Counted from the first letter of the stretch, positions 41,409 to 51,673 are shown. The stretch is 60,034 bases of DNA from Gammaproteobacteria bacterium (GCA_003354005.1 PIWD01000004.1:1-60034), one strand, 5' to 3'. Made by a program: numbers and translations. Notes: generated by a model not told the origin, from the letters alone.

Positions 41409-42926
41409 ATGAAGAAGTTGTTTAGCTTATTAAGAAAAGAAAAAGGATATTATTGCATAATGCGACTGTTTATATCTGCCTTGTGTTTGCTGCTATTACC
41501 ATCATTAGTGGATGCTCATACAGAACTAAAGTCACAAACACCGATAAGTGTACTCAAGCCTTTAAAACATTTTAGCAAAGAAACAGGCACCTGTATTTCT
41601 TGCCACAAAGAAAAAAGTAGCGGGATTTATCAGCAGTGGGGTCGTTCGAAGCATTTTAATGCACGTGTTGGTTGCTATGAATGTCATGTTGCGAAAGCGA
41701 CTGATTTGGGGGCAACACGCCATAAAGATTTTATTATTTCGGTGATTGTTTCACCTAAAAAATGCGGTCAATGTCATACACATGAGGCAAAAGAGTTCAG
41801 TAAAAGCCATCATGCCAGAGCGGGGCAAATTATTGGATCACTTGATAATGCGCTAGGTGAAGTTGTCGAGGGTTCCATGACATTTTACAAACAATCACCA
41901 GTCACAGTGAATGGGTGCTGGCAGTGTCATGGAAGCACAGTTAAACTACTGCCTAATGGTGACTTAGATCCTACGACATGGCCAAATACAGGGATCGGTC
42001 GTATCAACCTGGATGGCTCTAAAGGTTCTTGTACTGCGTGTCATCAAAGACATACATTCTCCATCGCCCAGGCGCGTCGTCCAGAAACTTGTGGTAAATG
42101 TCATCTTGGGCCAGATCATCCACAAAAAGAAATTTATGATGAATCCAAGCATGGCATCAACTTCTATTCTAATGTGAAAAGAATGAATTTAGATTCAAGC
42201 AAATGGATTCCAGGTGAAGATTATGATGCCGCCCCCACTTGTGCAACCTGCCATATGTCAGCAACTAAAGACTTACCTGTCACGCACGATGTAGGAGATA
42301 GGATTAGCTGGACATTACGCCCACCAATTTCACAAAAAGTTGATCAAAAAGAACGAGAGCTTGGGTATGCTACTAAATCTTGGGAACAACGTCGAGGGGA
42401 TATGAAAAATGTTTGCTCTGCATGCCACGGTAAAAATATGATCCAGAGTTTTTATGAGCAATTTGATGCATTGGTTACTTTGTACAACAATAAGTTTGCG
42501 ATACCTGGAATCCAACTAATGGGCATGATGGGTAAATATAATCTTATAACGGATACTCCATTTGATTCAAAAGTAAAGTGGACATGGTTTCGTATTTGGC
42601 ATCATTCTGGACGGCGTGCACGACAGGGGGCATCCATGCAGGCCCCAGATTATGTACAATGGCACGGCATGTTTGAAGTGGCACAGCATTTTTATTCAGA
42701 ATTTATACCAGAAGTGCGGGAACTGATTGAGCGAGCTAAGAAAGCAGGCAACCATGATGGAGCCAAAAAAGTATCTGATTTACTTGAAGCGATACTGAAA
42801 AGACCTGAACATCAGTGGTATACAGGCAAAATACCAGTAAAAGTTAAAAAAATGCGAGAAGAACAGCGGCGTAAATTTAAAGAGCGCTACCTGGATGTGA
42901 AAGATTTACCAAAACATGGAGTATAA
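41409..42926 (+). CDS. Octaheme cytochrome c, hydroxylamine oxidoreductase (HAO) family
   Basis: Signal peptide; 8 CxxCH motifs; CGKCHLGPDHPQKEIY, SKHG, APTCATCHM, APDYxxWHG. Confidence 0.92.
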   Translation: MKKLFSLLRKEKGYYCIMRLFISALCLLLLPSLVDAHTELKSQTPISVLKPLKHFSKETGTCISCHKEKSSGIYQQWGRSKHFNARVGCYECHVAKATDLGATRHKDFIISVIVSPKKCGQCHTHEAKEFSKSHHARAGQIIGSLDNALGEVVEGSMTFYKQSPVTVNGCWQCHGSTVKLLPNGDLDPTTWPNTGIGRINLDGSKGSCTACHQRHTFSIAQARRPETCGKCHLGPDHPQKEIYDESKHGINFYSNVKRMNLDSSKWIPGEDYDAAPTCATCHMSATKDLPVTHDVGDRISWTLRPPISQKVDQKERELGYATKSWEQRRGDMKNVCSACHGKNMIQSFYEQFDALVTLYNNKFAIPGIQLMGMMGKYNLITDTPFDSKVKWTWFRIWHHSGRRARQGASMQAPDYVQWHGMFEVAQHFYSEFIPEVRELIERAKKAGNHDGAKKVSDLLEAILKRPEHQWYTGKIPVKVKKMREEQRRKFKERYLDVKDLPKHGV

Positions 42927-43075
42927 AGCCCCTATTTTCGGGCATGGGGATATAAGCAAAGATAAGGGGATTTATTAATAGGCTCGTTGTTGGTCGCTAA
43001 TTACCAGGAGTTTCTGCTTCATCAAATTAGCTAATGCCATCTATCCACAGGCTAACACGGCATGCCCTGTCACCA
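42924..43075 (-). mobile_element. IS605 remnant: inverted tnpB 3'/right-end piece fused to a plus-strand left-end hairpin
   Basis: Reverse complement reads gggcatgccgtgttagcctgtggatagatggcattagc...atgaagcagaaac; aagcccctattttcgggcatggggatataag at 42925. Confidence 0.82.
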
Positions 43076-43077
43076 AC

Positions 43078-45078
43078 TTGAGTTATTTCAGCATGCGATT
43101 TGATAGTATTTTTAAAAAGGCATTAGGCTGTTTTTTAGGTTTCTTATTACTTGGTTGTGGAGCATTAATTGCCGTAGGGCAAACAGAGCGACCTATCACC
43201 TTACATATTGCTAAATTAGCTGATGTCCCTATTTTGCATCAAGGCAGAGTAAAGCCATTAGACACCTTTGCTCGCCTACATTTAAGGCTTATCCATGGCA
43301 AAGATGCCTTGCCAGGTATGACCGCACTAGAGTGGTTGGTTGAGCTGTTATTTTACCCTCAAAAAGCTTACCTACGGCCAGTTTTTATTATTTCAACCTC
43401 CCATATTATCGACATACTTGGGCTAGAGAAACGGGATAAATACAATTATTCTTTTTTTGAGCTGCTTCCTGCATTACGCAGTCATAGAGATGAAATTATT
43501 TTGCTTCATGAAAAAGAAGAGACAAGTTTATCGGCAGAGGAAAAACAATTGATTGAGCTATATGCTAGTGCAATGCTATACTTTGAGACGAGTCGCTCTT
43601 TATCAATGGTATTACCTTATTTTGAGGTGAGCGATAAAGGATTGTCGAAGACATTGGAAGTACTTCAAGATAAGAGCTTGTCTTATTTTGATTTATCTAT
43701 AAATCCACAATTTTCAAAGCTGATTAAACAGCTAGACGGAAAAGAAGAGTTTGGATTAACTGATTCAAAAAAATCAAATTTTTTTGCTTTAGTAAAGCAG
43801 TTTACTTTGATTGGGCAAGATAAAGGCTTCGAACTCTTTAGAGTAATACCTTCAAGTGTTCATAAGTCGTATAATAAGGACTCGACTGATAATTCAAAAA
43901 CAGGGCTGATCGCTCCTTGGCAGCTATTTATAGTTGGGCATACACTTTCAGCATCCAACAAGAATAGTTTAAATTTATGGAAGCAGTTAGCATTTGCTTA
44001 TCGAGCTAATGATTCTGAAAACTGGGATAAATCCAGCAAACAACTTAAGGTAGGAGAATTTGGGGTGGGAAACCTTTCCACTTCAGCACTTACACTAAAA
44101 CTAGAGGTTGTTTACAACAAGATTAAGTTTTTCAACAAAAGTCTTTTATTGTATGCTGCATCTTTGCTTTTGATTATTTTTAGCTTATTTTCAAGCGTGA
44201 TAAAAAGGCAGGAGTCTGTACCTCTGAGCAAAGCAGATAGAATAATCCCCAGAACTGCTTTTACACTACTAATGTTTAGCTTTTGCCTACATGCCATGGG
44301 GATTATATCGCGTGTTTATATTATGGGTCGTCCACCTGTAGCTACTTTGTATGAGTCTATACTTTTCGTTTCATGCATTGTTGTTTTCGTTTCTCTATTA
44401 ATAGAAAAAAAACGTTGTGATAGGGTGGGCACATTCATTGGCTCCCTAACTGGGGTTTTTCTGCTTTATATGAGCCGACACTACTTGATGGAAGGGGATA
44501 CCATGGGCAGGCTAGTGGCTGTACTGAATACACATTTTTGGCTTGCTACACATGTCATTGTTATTTCTATAGGCTATAGTTGCAGTATTCTAGTTAGCCT
44601 ATTAGCTCATAGTGCACTTATACACCGTTTGATCAAACCGATGCATACAAAACATCAGCTTATCTTTAATAAATTTTTGATGCACCTTGGCCTATTTGCG
44701 TTACTTTTCACATTAACAGGCACAGCATTGGGTGGTATCTGGGCCGATCAGTCTTGGGGACGGTTCTGGGGCTGGGATCCTAAAGAAAATGGTGCCCTAC
44801 TTATAGTGTTGTGGTTTATCTTGTTAATTCATGGTCGATTAGCTTATTTTCTTAATGATTTCTATTTTGAACTGACTATGGCGTTGACAAGTATCATAGT
44901 TGCCATAACGTGGTTTGGCACCAATCTTATTGGTGTGGGGTTACACTCTTACGGGTTCACAGAAGGGATTTTTATCAAACTCCTTCTTTTTTGTGGTGCT
45001 GAGATACTTTTTATCACCTTAGTTTTTGTCAAAAAAGTATATTGTTCATTAAGCGACAAACGAAACCGCAGTTGGTGA
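43078..45078 (+). CDS. ccsA: System II cytochrome c biogenesis protein (CcsA-type heme lyase); start may be ATG 43093
   Basis: GRVKPLDT, WLATHV, WADQSWGRFWGWDPKE (WWD domain), GLHSYG. Confidence 0.92.
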   Translation: MSYFSMRFDSIFKKALGCFLGFLLLGCGALIAVGQTERPITLHIAKLADVPILHQGRVKPLDTFARLHLRLIHGKDALPGMTALEWLVELLFYPQKAYLRPVFIISTSHIIDILGLEKRDKYNYSFFELLPALRSHRDEIILLHEKEETSLSAEEKQLIELYASAMLYFETSRSLSMVLPYFEVSDKGLSKTLEVLQDKSLSYFDLSINPQFSKLIKQLDGKEEFGLTDSKKSNFFALVKQFTLIGQDKGFELFRVIPSSVHKSYNKDSTDNSKTGLIAPWQLFIVGHTLSASNKNSLNLWKQLAFAYRANDSENWDKSSKQLKVGEFGVGNLSTSALTLKLEVVYNKIKFFNKSLLLYAASLLLIIFSLFSSVIKRQESVPLSKADRIIPRTAFTLLMFSFCLHAMGIISRVYIMGRPPVATLYESILFVSCIVVFVSLLIEKKRCDRVGTFIGSLTGVFLLYMSRHYLMEGDTMGRLVAVLNTHFWLATHVIVISIGYSCSILVSLLAHSALIHRLIKPMHTKHQLIFNKFLMHLGLFALLFTLTGTALGGIWADQSWGRFWGWDPKENGALLIVLWFILLIHGRLAYFLNDFYFELTMALTSIIVAITWFGTNLIGVGLHSYGFTEGIFIKLLLFCGAEILFITLVFVKKVYCSLSDKRNRSW

Positions 45079-45087
45079 TAACTAGAA

Positions 45088-45978
45088 GTGCCAATCAATT
45101 TAAATTTCTTTGTGGGAGCTTGCTTTCAACAAACAACCAGACTACAATGGTCTGCTAGAGGCCTTGGCAAGGTCGATATTATTACGAACCGTACATATAT
45201 TACATCAATTCAGGATAATTTAAACATGAAAGAAATAGAAAAAACAAAAAAAGAAATAGAAAAAACAAAAGAAGAGCAAGAAGAGTCGGGTGCTAAATAC
45301 TTTGATAGAGTCATGAAAAAAATAGAAGAATGGCAAAAAAAGAGAGCAGATTCTGAAGGCAAGCAAAAAATCATAAAAAAAGTGCAAAAGGCATCTAATG
45401 CAAGGTTGTTACTACCCGGGTACATGTTTAGTTCTTTGATTGGTAGAGAATTCATTAGTAGAGAATTCATTAGAGGCACTCTTTATAGAGAATTCATTAG
45501 AGGCACTCTTTATAGAGAATTCATTAGAGGCACTCTTTATAGAGAATTCATTAGATACTATAGATACCATCTTCATAGAGAATCCATTATCGGCTGTTTT
45601 TATGTATTAGTCATTATGGTTTGTATAGAATCGTTCTCCCCGTCCAGCGTAACAAGGGCTCAATCCATTCAACACAAACTAAGTCAAGGGTTAAAATGTG
45701 GCGATAAAGAAACTCAAAATATTATAACAAAAGCCGATAACTTTATCACCAAAGAGGTTCAAGCAATAACTACTGAGCTTGCTTCCCAAACTTGTCAAGA
45801 GCAACAATCCAGCAATGTTACACGGGGGGGGGCTCTAGCTAATGGCGTGGGCGAAGGCACAGGAGAGGATATGAGGTCCTATTACAAAGGTATTCTAGAA
45901 ATATGCAAACCAGGTGGGGTGGCACGTTTAGTTGATAAAGTGGATGAACACATTGGAAGATTTTGTTCAAATATTTAA
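45088..45978 (+). CDS. Orphan protein with internal 9-aa repeats; start possibly ATG 45226
   Basis: 296 aa ORF with charged N-terminus, REFIRGTLY repeats and one hydrophobic segment. Confidence 0.5.
   Translation: MPINLNFFVGACFQQTTRLQWSARGLGKVDIITNRTYITSIQDNLNMKEIEKTKKEIEKTKEEQEESGAKYFDRVMKKIEEWQKKRADSEGKQKIIKKVQKASNARLLLPGYMFSSLIGREFISREFIRGTLYREFIRGTLYREFIRGTLYREFIRYYRYHLHRESIIGCFYVLVIMVCIESFSPSSVTRAQSIQHKLSQGLKCGDKETQNIITKADNFITKEVQAITTELASQTCQEQQSSNVTRGGALANGVGEGTGEDMRSYYKGILEICKPGGVARLVDKVDEHIGRFCSNI
45444..45555. repeat. 27-bp tandem repeat (3 perfect copies plus partials)
   Basis: tagagaattcattagaggcactcttta at 45459, 45486, 45513; partial copies at 45444 and 45540. Confidence 0.95.
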
Positions 45979-46240
45979 GCCCTATTACTCCAACAGTCAA
46001 TTCAAATTTTTAGATAAAAAAACTCAAAATAGACCATCTTTTTGGGAAGGGTGTCCTATTGATAAAATGCTTTTTTTGAGCGTAGTTATAGGAATTTGCA
46101 GCGAGTTAGTAGTAGAATGATGAAGAGAGAAAGGCTATATAATAATCTAGAGGAAAAGCAAAATCAGGGATCTATCTGCACAGGAGAAAAAGGAAATGAC
46201 AGAGATAACTCTGGGATAATGCACAGCCCCTAAAATCTAC

Positions 46241-47095
46241 TCACAAGTGAAAGAATTTGGATAAACCAAAAAAGAGAGCCATCAAAGTAGTTATTGCTGC
46301 AGCAGATTGCCAAACAGACTGTTGTATTTTTGTGCCTAAACGATATTCGGTGCCTTGAGCTTCAGCGCGAATTTTTTCAATTTCCAATCGCAAGGCATTT
46401 TCAGACTCTATAATTTTGGCCTGCAATCTATTTTCAGATTTTTCAATATCAGTTCGATTCTTTTCTATTTCAGCTTGCAAGGCATTTTCAGACTCTATAA
46501 TTCTGGCCTGCAATCTATTTTCAGATTTTTCAATATCAGTTCGATTCTTTTCTATTTCAGCTTGCAAGGCATTTTCAGACTCTATAATTCTGGCCTGTAA
46601 TCTACTTTCAGATTTTTCAATATCAGTTCGATTCTTTTTTATTTCAGCTTGCAACGCATTTTTAGACTCTATAATTTTTGCCTGTAGTGCATTCTCAGAG
46701 TCTACAATTCTAGCTTGTAGCACATTCTCAGATTTATTAACTTCAGCATGAATCTTTTCTATTTCAATGCGCAAGGCATTTTCTGATTTTTCAAGGTCTA
46801 GTTTGAAGTTGTATTCAGCCTTTACAATAGTAGACTTTAGTGCATTTTCTGATTTTTCAACTTCCCCACGAATTTTAAAAATCTCTATTTCCAAGTTTTT
46901 TCTCTTGTACGCCTTGTTAAGGCTATGCAACTCTGCCCTATTTTCTTCAAACATTTTTTCGAAAAATATTATTTGAGCTTGAGTTTGTTTTTTGTTAAAT
47001 CCACCTTGGGTCAATATTTCCTCGCCTCTGATGAAATAGGCATTATCTTTGCTGTTATCTTTATAGGATTCATAGTGACTTAGTGCTAAATTCAT
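46241..47095 (-). CDS. DUF1640/CCDC90-like coiled-coil protein with C-terminal membrane anchor
   Basis: LTQGGFNKKQ head motif, long coiled-coil repeats, terminal TM helix; GAGG RBS. Confidence 0.75.
   Translation of the reverse strand: MNLALSHYESYKDNSKDNAYFIRGEEILTQGGFNKKQTQAQIIFFEKMFEENRAELHSLNKAYKRKNLEIEIFKIRGEVEKSENALKSTIVKAEYNFKLDLEKSENALRIEIEKIHAEVNKSENVLQARIVDSENALQAKIIESKNALQAEIKKNRTDIEKSESRLQARIIESENALQAEIEKNRTDIEKSENRLQARIIESENALQAEIEKNRTDIEKSENRLQAKIIESENALRLEIEKIRAEAQGTEYRLGTKIQQSVWQSAAAITTLMALFFGLSKFFHL
46391..46684. repeat. 87-bp (29-aa) in-frame tandem repeat, about 3.4 copies
   Basis: Unit starts at 46391, 46478, 46565, 46652; encodes ENALQAEIEKNRTDIEKSENRLQARIIES. Confidence 0.93.
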
Positions 47096-47179
47096 AAATT
47101 TTCCTCAATCTAAACAAAGCTAAGCAACCCTAATTGTAGCACAAAGCAAAGTATTTTGAAAGTTGGTAACCTTGTTCTT

Positions 47180-47532
47180 AGAAGCAACTGTCTTTAGACA
47201 TGTGGAGTATTGGATCAGCGTGAGCAGCTAGCCTGTTTTAATATTTCTTGACATTCTCATAGAGCAACAATATACTCTAGCCATGAAAGTAAGTAGAGCG
47301 TACAAATTTAGGGTAAAATTGAGTACTGAGCAAGTCGTTCAACTAAAACAGTTTTTGGGTTGTTGCCACTTTGCTTGAAACAAGATGGAACAGAGCCGTT
47401 TAGTGGCAGGGCGTGCCGTGTTGGCCTGTGGAGAAGATGCCATTGGTAGCTTCATTGGGTTTCACTTGAGTCTAGTAGCTGCCTGGATCTTTGTTCAGGG
47501 CAAACTTTCCTTCTTGGTGGTGAGGATGTCAA
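47180..47532 (+). mobile_element. Internally deleted IS605 mini-element (best-preserved tnpB 5' end)
   Basis: ATG 47283 reads MKVSRAYKFRVKLSTEQVVQLKQFLGCCHFA*NK (TnpB N-terminus), joined to LVAGRAVLACGE; ends gaggatgTCAA. Confidence 0.9.
47248..47276 (+). promoter_or_regulatory. Sigma70 promoter (IS tnpB promoter) upstream of rpsF
   Basis: TTGACA-17 bp-TATACT. Confidence 0.75.
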
Positions 47533-47565
47533 AGGTTTGGTGTACTATAAAGTATAGGTATATGT

Positions 47566-47907
47566 ATGAAACATTATGAAATTATTCTACTAATTCATCC
47601 GAGCTATAGTGAGCAGGCTGATGAAATCGGCAAGCGCTGCCGAAGTTCGGTGACGGACGCAAAAGGTATTATACATCGCTACGAAAATATCGGACGTTTG
47701 CCACTTGCTTATTTAATCAATAGTGTGCGTAAGGCATACTTTTTGCTCCTCAATATTGAGTGTGATCAGGAGACGCATAAGGCTTTAGTCGATGTATTGA
47801 AGCGTAATGATGCTGTGATGCGTCACTTAGTTCTAAAAGTCGATCGAGCGATCACTGGTCTATCGGCCTTGATGAAGAGAAAGCAAGAAGAAGATAAAAC
47901 AAAGTAA
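47566..47907 (+). CDS. rpsF: 30S ribosomal protein S6
   Basis: [22 protein letters not shown]. Confidence 0.96.
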   Translation: MKHYEIILLIHPSYSEQADEIGKRCRSSVTDAKGIIHRYENIGRLPLAYLINSVRKAYFLLLNIECDQETHKALVDVLKRNDAVMRHLVLKVDRAITGLSALMKRKQEEDKTK

Positions 47908-47917
47908 AAGAGGTAGT

Positions 47918-48145
47918 GTGATGTCCGATTTTCGGCGTAAAAAATACTGTCGTTTTAGTGCAGGTGAGTTGACTATTGATTATAAAGATGTCAAAGCTTT
48001 AAAAAATTTTATTAATGAAGCAGGTATGATTGTTCCTAGCCGTGTTACGGGGACACGTGCGGAGTATCAGCGTCCATTGGCGACAGCGATTAAGCGTGCG
48101 CGTTACTTGGGGCTGCTAAAGTACTGTGATGCCCATAAGGTATAA
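47918..48145 (+). CDS. rpsR: 30S ribosomal protein S18
   Basis: [23 protein letters not shown]. Confidence 0.97.
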   Translation: MMSDFRRKKYCRFSAGELTIDYKDVKALKNFINEAGMIVPSRVTGTRAEYQRPLATAIKRARYLGLLKYCDAHKV

Positions 48146-49029
48146 TGAAAGGCCTGTTGCGACAGTGGGGGCAATACTTCGTTAAACATACAAGAGTGAC
48201 GGCTTTGGTGGCCTTTTTTGCGACCTTGTTGCCAGTTGTTGGTGTGCCGATGGCTTGGATTGCGAGTATTCTCATTGCTCTGATAACTTTGTGTGTGAGT
48301 TGGCAGGCTGGTGCATATATTATGTTTTGGTCGCTGCTTCCGTCGGCAGCTTTGTTGTGGACAGCGCATTGGTTTTCGGGTACTACGATCTTGGTTTTAA
48401 TGCTTGTAAGCTGGTTGTTGGCCTCTGTCTTACGCGCAACTAAGTCATGGACACTAGTCATTGAGACTGGTGCGTGTGTGGGTATCGTTATTATTTTGCT
48501 AATGCACACCTTGTTTGATGTATCGGCATGGTGGCAGTTACGCTTGCAGTTCTTGTTGGGCGAGGTTGCGCAGCTAACGCATATTGAAGTTAAGCATGTG
48601 GCATCTGTTATTGCGCGCTTTGCGACAGGCTTAGAACTGTTATTTGTGTTGCTATCCGTGCTTTTACATATATTATTGGCGCGATTGTGGCAATCAGTAA
48701 TTTTGAAGCACAGATTGCGATTGCTGCATGATCTGCTTTCTATTCGTTTAGGTGTGATTGAATTAGGTGTTTTGGCAGTGAGTTTGCTGTTGGCTTGGAT
48801 GGGCGTTGGGGTTGTTATTGATTTACTACCCTTAATCTTGCTTACCTTTGCACTGACAGGGTTATCTGTTACCCATGCGGTATTGCGTCTGAAGCAGCTC
48901 AATAAAGCTTTTTTTATCGCTTTTTATTTACTGCTCGTTCTCTTTTTTCCGTATATGTTGTTGCTACTAGCCTGTATTGGGGCACTAGATTGTGGCATTC
49001 ATTTCAGAAAGCGTTATAATGTCCCCTAA
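48145..49029 (+). CDS. Integral membrane protein (YybS/DUF2232-like)
   Basis: Multi-TM ORF between rpsR and rplI ending GALD...FRKR. Confidence 0.8.
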   Translation: MKGLLRQWGQYFVKHTRVTALVAFFATLLPVVGVPMAWIASILIALITLCVSWQAGAYIMFWSLLPSAALLWTAHWFSGTTILVLMLVSWLLASVLRATKSWTLVIETGACVGIVIILLMHTLFDVSAWWQLRLQFLLGEVAQLTHIEVKHVASVIARFATGLELLFVLLSVLLHILLARLWQSVILKHRLRLLHDLLSIRLGVIELGVLAVSLLLAWMGVGVVIDLLPLILLTFALTGLSVTHAVLRLKQLNKAFFIAFYLLLVLFFPYMLLLLACIGALDCGIHFRKRYNVP

Positions 49030-49079
49030 GAGGGGTTCTCCGTGGCAATTGTAAGATGCCGAATCAATGAGGTAAAGGT

Positions 49080-49547
49080 ATGAGTGTAGAAGTTATTTTA
49101 TTAGAAAATATCCATTGCTTAGGCAAGGTTGGTGAGCTTAAAAAGGTTAAACCTGGTTATGCACGTAATTATTTATTGCGTTTTGGTAAAGCCAGGCGTG
49201 CAACTGACGAAAATATAGCAACATTAGAAAAAGAATTAGATGTATTTAAGGAGCAGGCTGCTAACCTGCAAGCACAAGCAGAAGATTTGGCAGCTAAGCT
49301 TGCAGAGCTAGATTTATCGATTGAAGTGAAGAGTAGTGGAGGTGGCAAATTATTTGGTTCAGTCACAGCAGTTGATATTGTGAATTTTTTAGAGAAACGT
49401 GGTATTAAGCTGAGTAAACAGCAGATTATTTTACCTGAAGGGAGACCAATTCGTGTAACAGGAGTACATGAAATTATGGTTAACCTAGAAGGAGGGGTAC
49501 AAGCAAAATTGAATTTAACCGTTCACACAACAAAGATCGATGATTAA
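49080..49547 (+). CDS. rplI: 50S ribosomal protein L9
   Basis: VKPGYARNYL, GKLFGSVT. Confidence 0.97.
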   Translation: MSVEVILLENIHCLGKVGELKKVKPGYARNYLLRFGKARRATDENIATLEKELDVFKEQAANLQAQAEDLAAKLAELDLSIEVKSSGGGKLFGSVTAVDIVNFLEKRGIKLSKQQIILPEGRPIRVTGVHEIMVNLEGGVQAKLNLTVHTTKIDD

Positions 49548-49564
49548 GTTTTGGTATTATAGCT

Positions 49565-50953
49565 ATGGCTGACCATGTAGCACGTCTTACACCGAAATCA
49601 GTTGAGGCAGAGCAATCAGTTATCGGAAGCTTACTTCTTGATAGTAGCCTCTGGGAGCGTGTCATTGATACCCTGGTCGTGAAGGATTTCTATCAGCCTG
49701 AGCATCAAACTATTTTTGAGATGTTCATGAAATTAGTTGAAGTGAATAAGGTTTGTGATGTGGTGACACTGACAGACGCACTGAAAAAAGAGCATCTATT
49801 AACTGGAAAATTAACAGAAAGCTATCTATATGAATTAACAAATAATACCCCTAAAGCTATTAATATTGAAGCATATACTAAGATTGTGCGGGATCATTCT
49901 GTTGCGCGTAAATTGATTATTGCTGGTCAATATATTGCTGATTTGGCTTATTCTCCAAAAGGTCGAGAGTCAACTGAATTGATTGATGAGGCGGAACGTT
50001 ATATCTTAGAGGTTTCAAAGTTGGGTCATTCAGAGCGTGGGCCTGTGGGGGTTAAATATTTAACTGCTGAGGCAGTTGAGCGCATTAGAGCCTTGTCCAA
50101 TGGAGAATTTGATAAGAACAGCTTACGTACTAATTTTAGAGACTTCGATAAACTAACCTGTGGTCTACAAAAAGGTGATTTAGTCGTCCTTGCTGGGCGA
50201 CCTTCCATGGGCAAAACGGCTTTAGTGATGAATATCGTAGAACATATTGTCTTGCAGCTTAAAAAGACGGTTGTAGTCTTTAGTTTAGAGATGCCTGGCG
50301 ATAGCTTGGTGATGCGCATGATGTCTTCCTTAGGGCGTATTGAGCAACATAGGATTAGAAGTGGTAAAGTGGATGCTCATAGCTGGACTCGTATTAACTC
50401 GACTGCAAGCATGATTTCTTCTAAGAGCTTATTTATTGATGACAGTTCGACACTCACACCTATGGAACTACGATCACGTGCGAGGCGATTAGCACGTGAG
50501 CAGGGGGGGCTTGATTTGATCGTCGTTGATTACCTACAATTGATGCATGTGCCAGGCTATAAAAGTAATCGTAACTTAGAAATTTCTGAAATCTCACGTT
50601 CCTTAAAAGTATTGGCAAAAGAATTATCTGTCCCAGTGATTGCGCTATCACAGCTTAATCGCGGATTGGAACAGCGTGAGGAGAAGCGCCCAATGATGTC
50701 TGATTTGCGTGAGTCAGGAGCCATTGAACAAGATGCTGACTTAATCGTATTTGTTTACCGTGATGAGGTCTATCATAAAGATAGTGCGGATCGTGGTACA
50801 GCCGAAATTATCATTGCCAAGCACCGTAATGGTCCGATTGGTCGTGTACGATTAACCTTTTTGGCTCATTTATTGCGTTTTGAAAATCATGCCAGTGAAA
50901 AAGAAGTTATCTGTGCACTACCTCCACAGGCAATGAAAGAAGGCGTAGCATGA
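49565..50953 (+). CDS. dnaB: Replicative DNA helicase
   Basis: GRPSMGKT, VDYLQL, DLRESGAIEQDAD, KHRNGP. Confidence 0.98.
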   Translation: MADHVARLTPKSVEAEQSVIGSLLLDSSLWERVIDTLVVKDFYQPEHQTIFEMFMKLVEVNKVCDVVTLTDALKKEHLLTGKLTESYLYELTNNTPKAINIEAYTKIVRDHSVARKLIIAGQYIADLAYSPKGRESTELIDEAERYILEVSKLGHSERGPVGVKYLTAEAVERIRALSNGEFDKNSLRTNFRDFDKLTCGLQKGDLVVLAGRPSMGKTALVMNIVEHIVLQLKKTVVVFSLEMPGDSLVMRMMSSLGRIEQHRIRSGKVDAHSWTRINSTASMISSKSLFIDDSSTLTPMELRSRARRLAREQGGLDLIVVDYLQLMHVPGYKSNRNLEISEISRSLKVLAKELSVPVIALSQLNRGLEQREEKRPMMSDLRESGAIEQDADLIVFVYRDEVYHKDSADRGTAEIIIAKHRNGPIGRVRLTFLAHLLRFENHASEKEVICALPPQAMKEGVA

Positions 50954-51240
50954 ACCTTGAGCATGCCACGAATATAGCAACTTTATCACCCCATCAAAAA
51001 TATGAATTAAAGCGCATACGTTGGCGTTGTCGTAGTGGTATGTTAGAGCTTGATCTATTGCTGAAGCGTTTCATAGATCGTGCTTATTTTCAGCTTGATC
51101 ATCAGCAGCGCGAGCAATTTGAGCATTTGTTAGCCCTAGGTGATGTGACATTATTGGAGTGGCTTGTACTGGGACATTCTGCTGATCACACCGACTTCAA
51201 AGAACTTGTCCAATTGATTAGATGTATTCTGAGCGAATGA
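50950..51240 (+). CDS. sdhE: Succinate dehydrogenase flavinylation factor
   Basis: WRCRSGMLELDL motif. Confidence 0.88.
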   Translation: MNLEHATNIATLSPHQKYELKRIRWRCRSGMLELDLLLKRFIDRAYFQLDHQQREQFEHLLALGDVTLLEWLVLGHSADHTDFKELVQLIRCILSE

Positions 51241-51619
51241 ATAGGGCAGCGACAACTGCTCTTTCCTCCCAGCTCATAATATTAAACGTCGCGCATGCGG
51301 AAGGTGTTGACATCACCTCAACTCCAATTTTTCTTTTAGCGAATTGATGAAAAATGTTAGTGGGGATAACATGCGGGATCTCACCCGTACCGAGTAGGAC
51401 AGAAGTGACTTGTAAATCCAATAAAGCTTGCAGATCGCTTTCGGAGAGCCTGGTAATATCGCTGATCGGCCAAGTGATAACACGGGTCGGTGTTACAATC
51501 ACGGGCTGCCTATAAATTTTATCCTGAATGATCAACTTGTGGGCACTACAATGTGTGACCTCATAATGGCTTGGATGTTTAATGCGGTTTAATTCCATGG
51601 TTACCTTCTTGTATTTCAC
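51218..51619 (-). CDS. Mth938-like (DUF498) protein
   Basis: LLGTG, GVEVMSTPSACATFN, VVAAL. Confidence 0.9.
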   Translation of the reverse strand: MKYKKVTMELNRIKHPSHYEVTHCSAHKLIIQDKIYRQPVIVTPTRVITWPISDITRLSESDLQALLDLQVTSVLLGTGEIPHVIPTNIFHQFAKRKIGVEVMSTPSACATFNIMSWEERAVVAALFIRSEYI

Positions 51620-51673
51620 ATTGGCTAACTAGTATAATGGTTAGCATCATAAAACACTAAGGAAAACTACCTC

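Noticed and set aside
41409-42926. Evidence for ammonia oxidation or anammox
   Set aside because: The cross-linking Tyr appears replaced by Trp and no amo, cycAB or hzs genes are present
45444-45555. CRISPR array
   Set aside because: Units are contiguous with no unique spacers, and there are no cas genes in the window
47385-47579. Short ORFs 47385-47579, 38822-39028 and 40992-41237 as genes
   Set aside because: They are chance frames through IS remnants (AVLACGE, tnpA 5' region)
48090-48902. 270-aa minus-strand ORF and other antisense ORFs within housekeeping genes
   Set aside because: They are shadows of well-supported genes on the opposite strand
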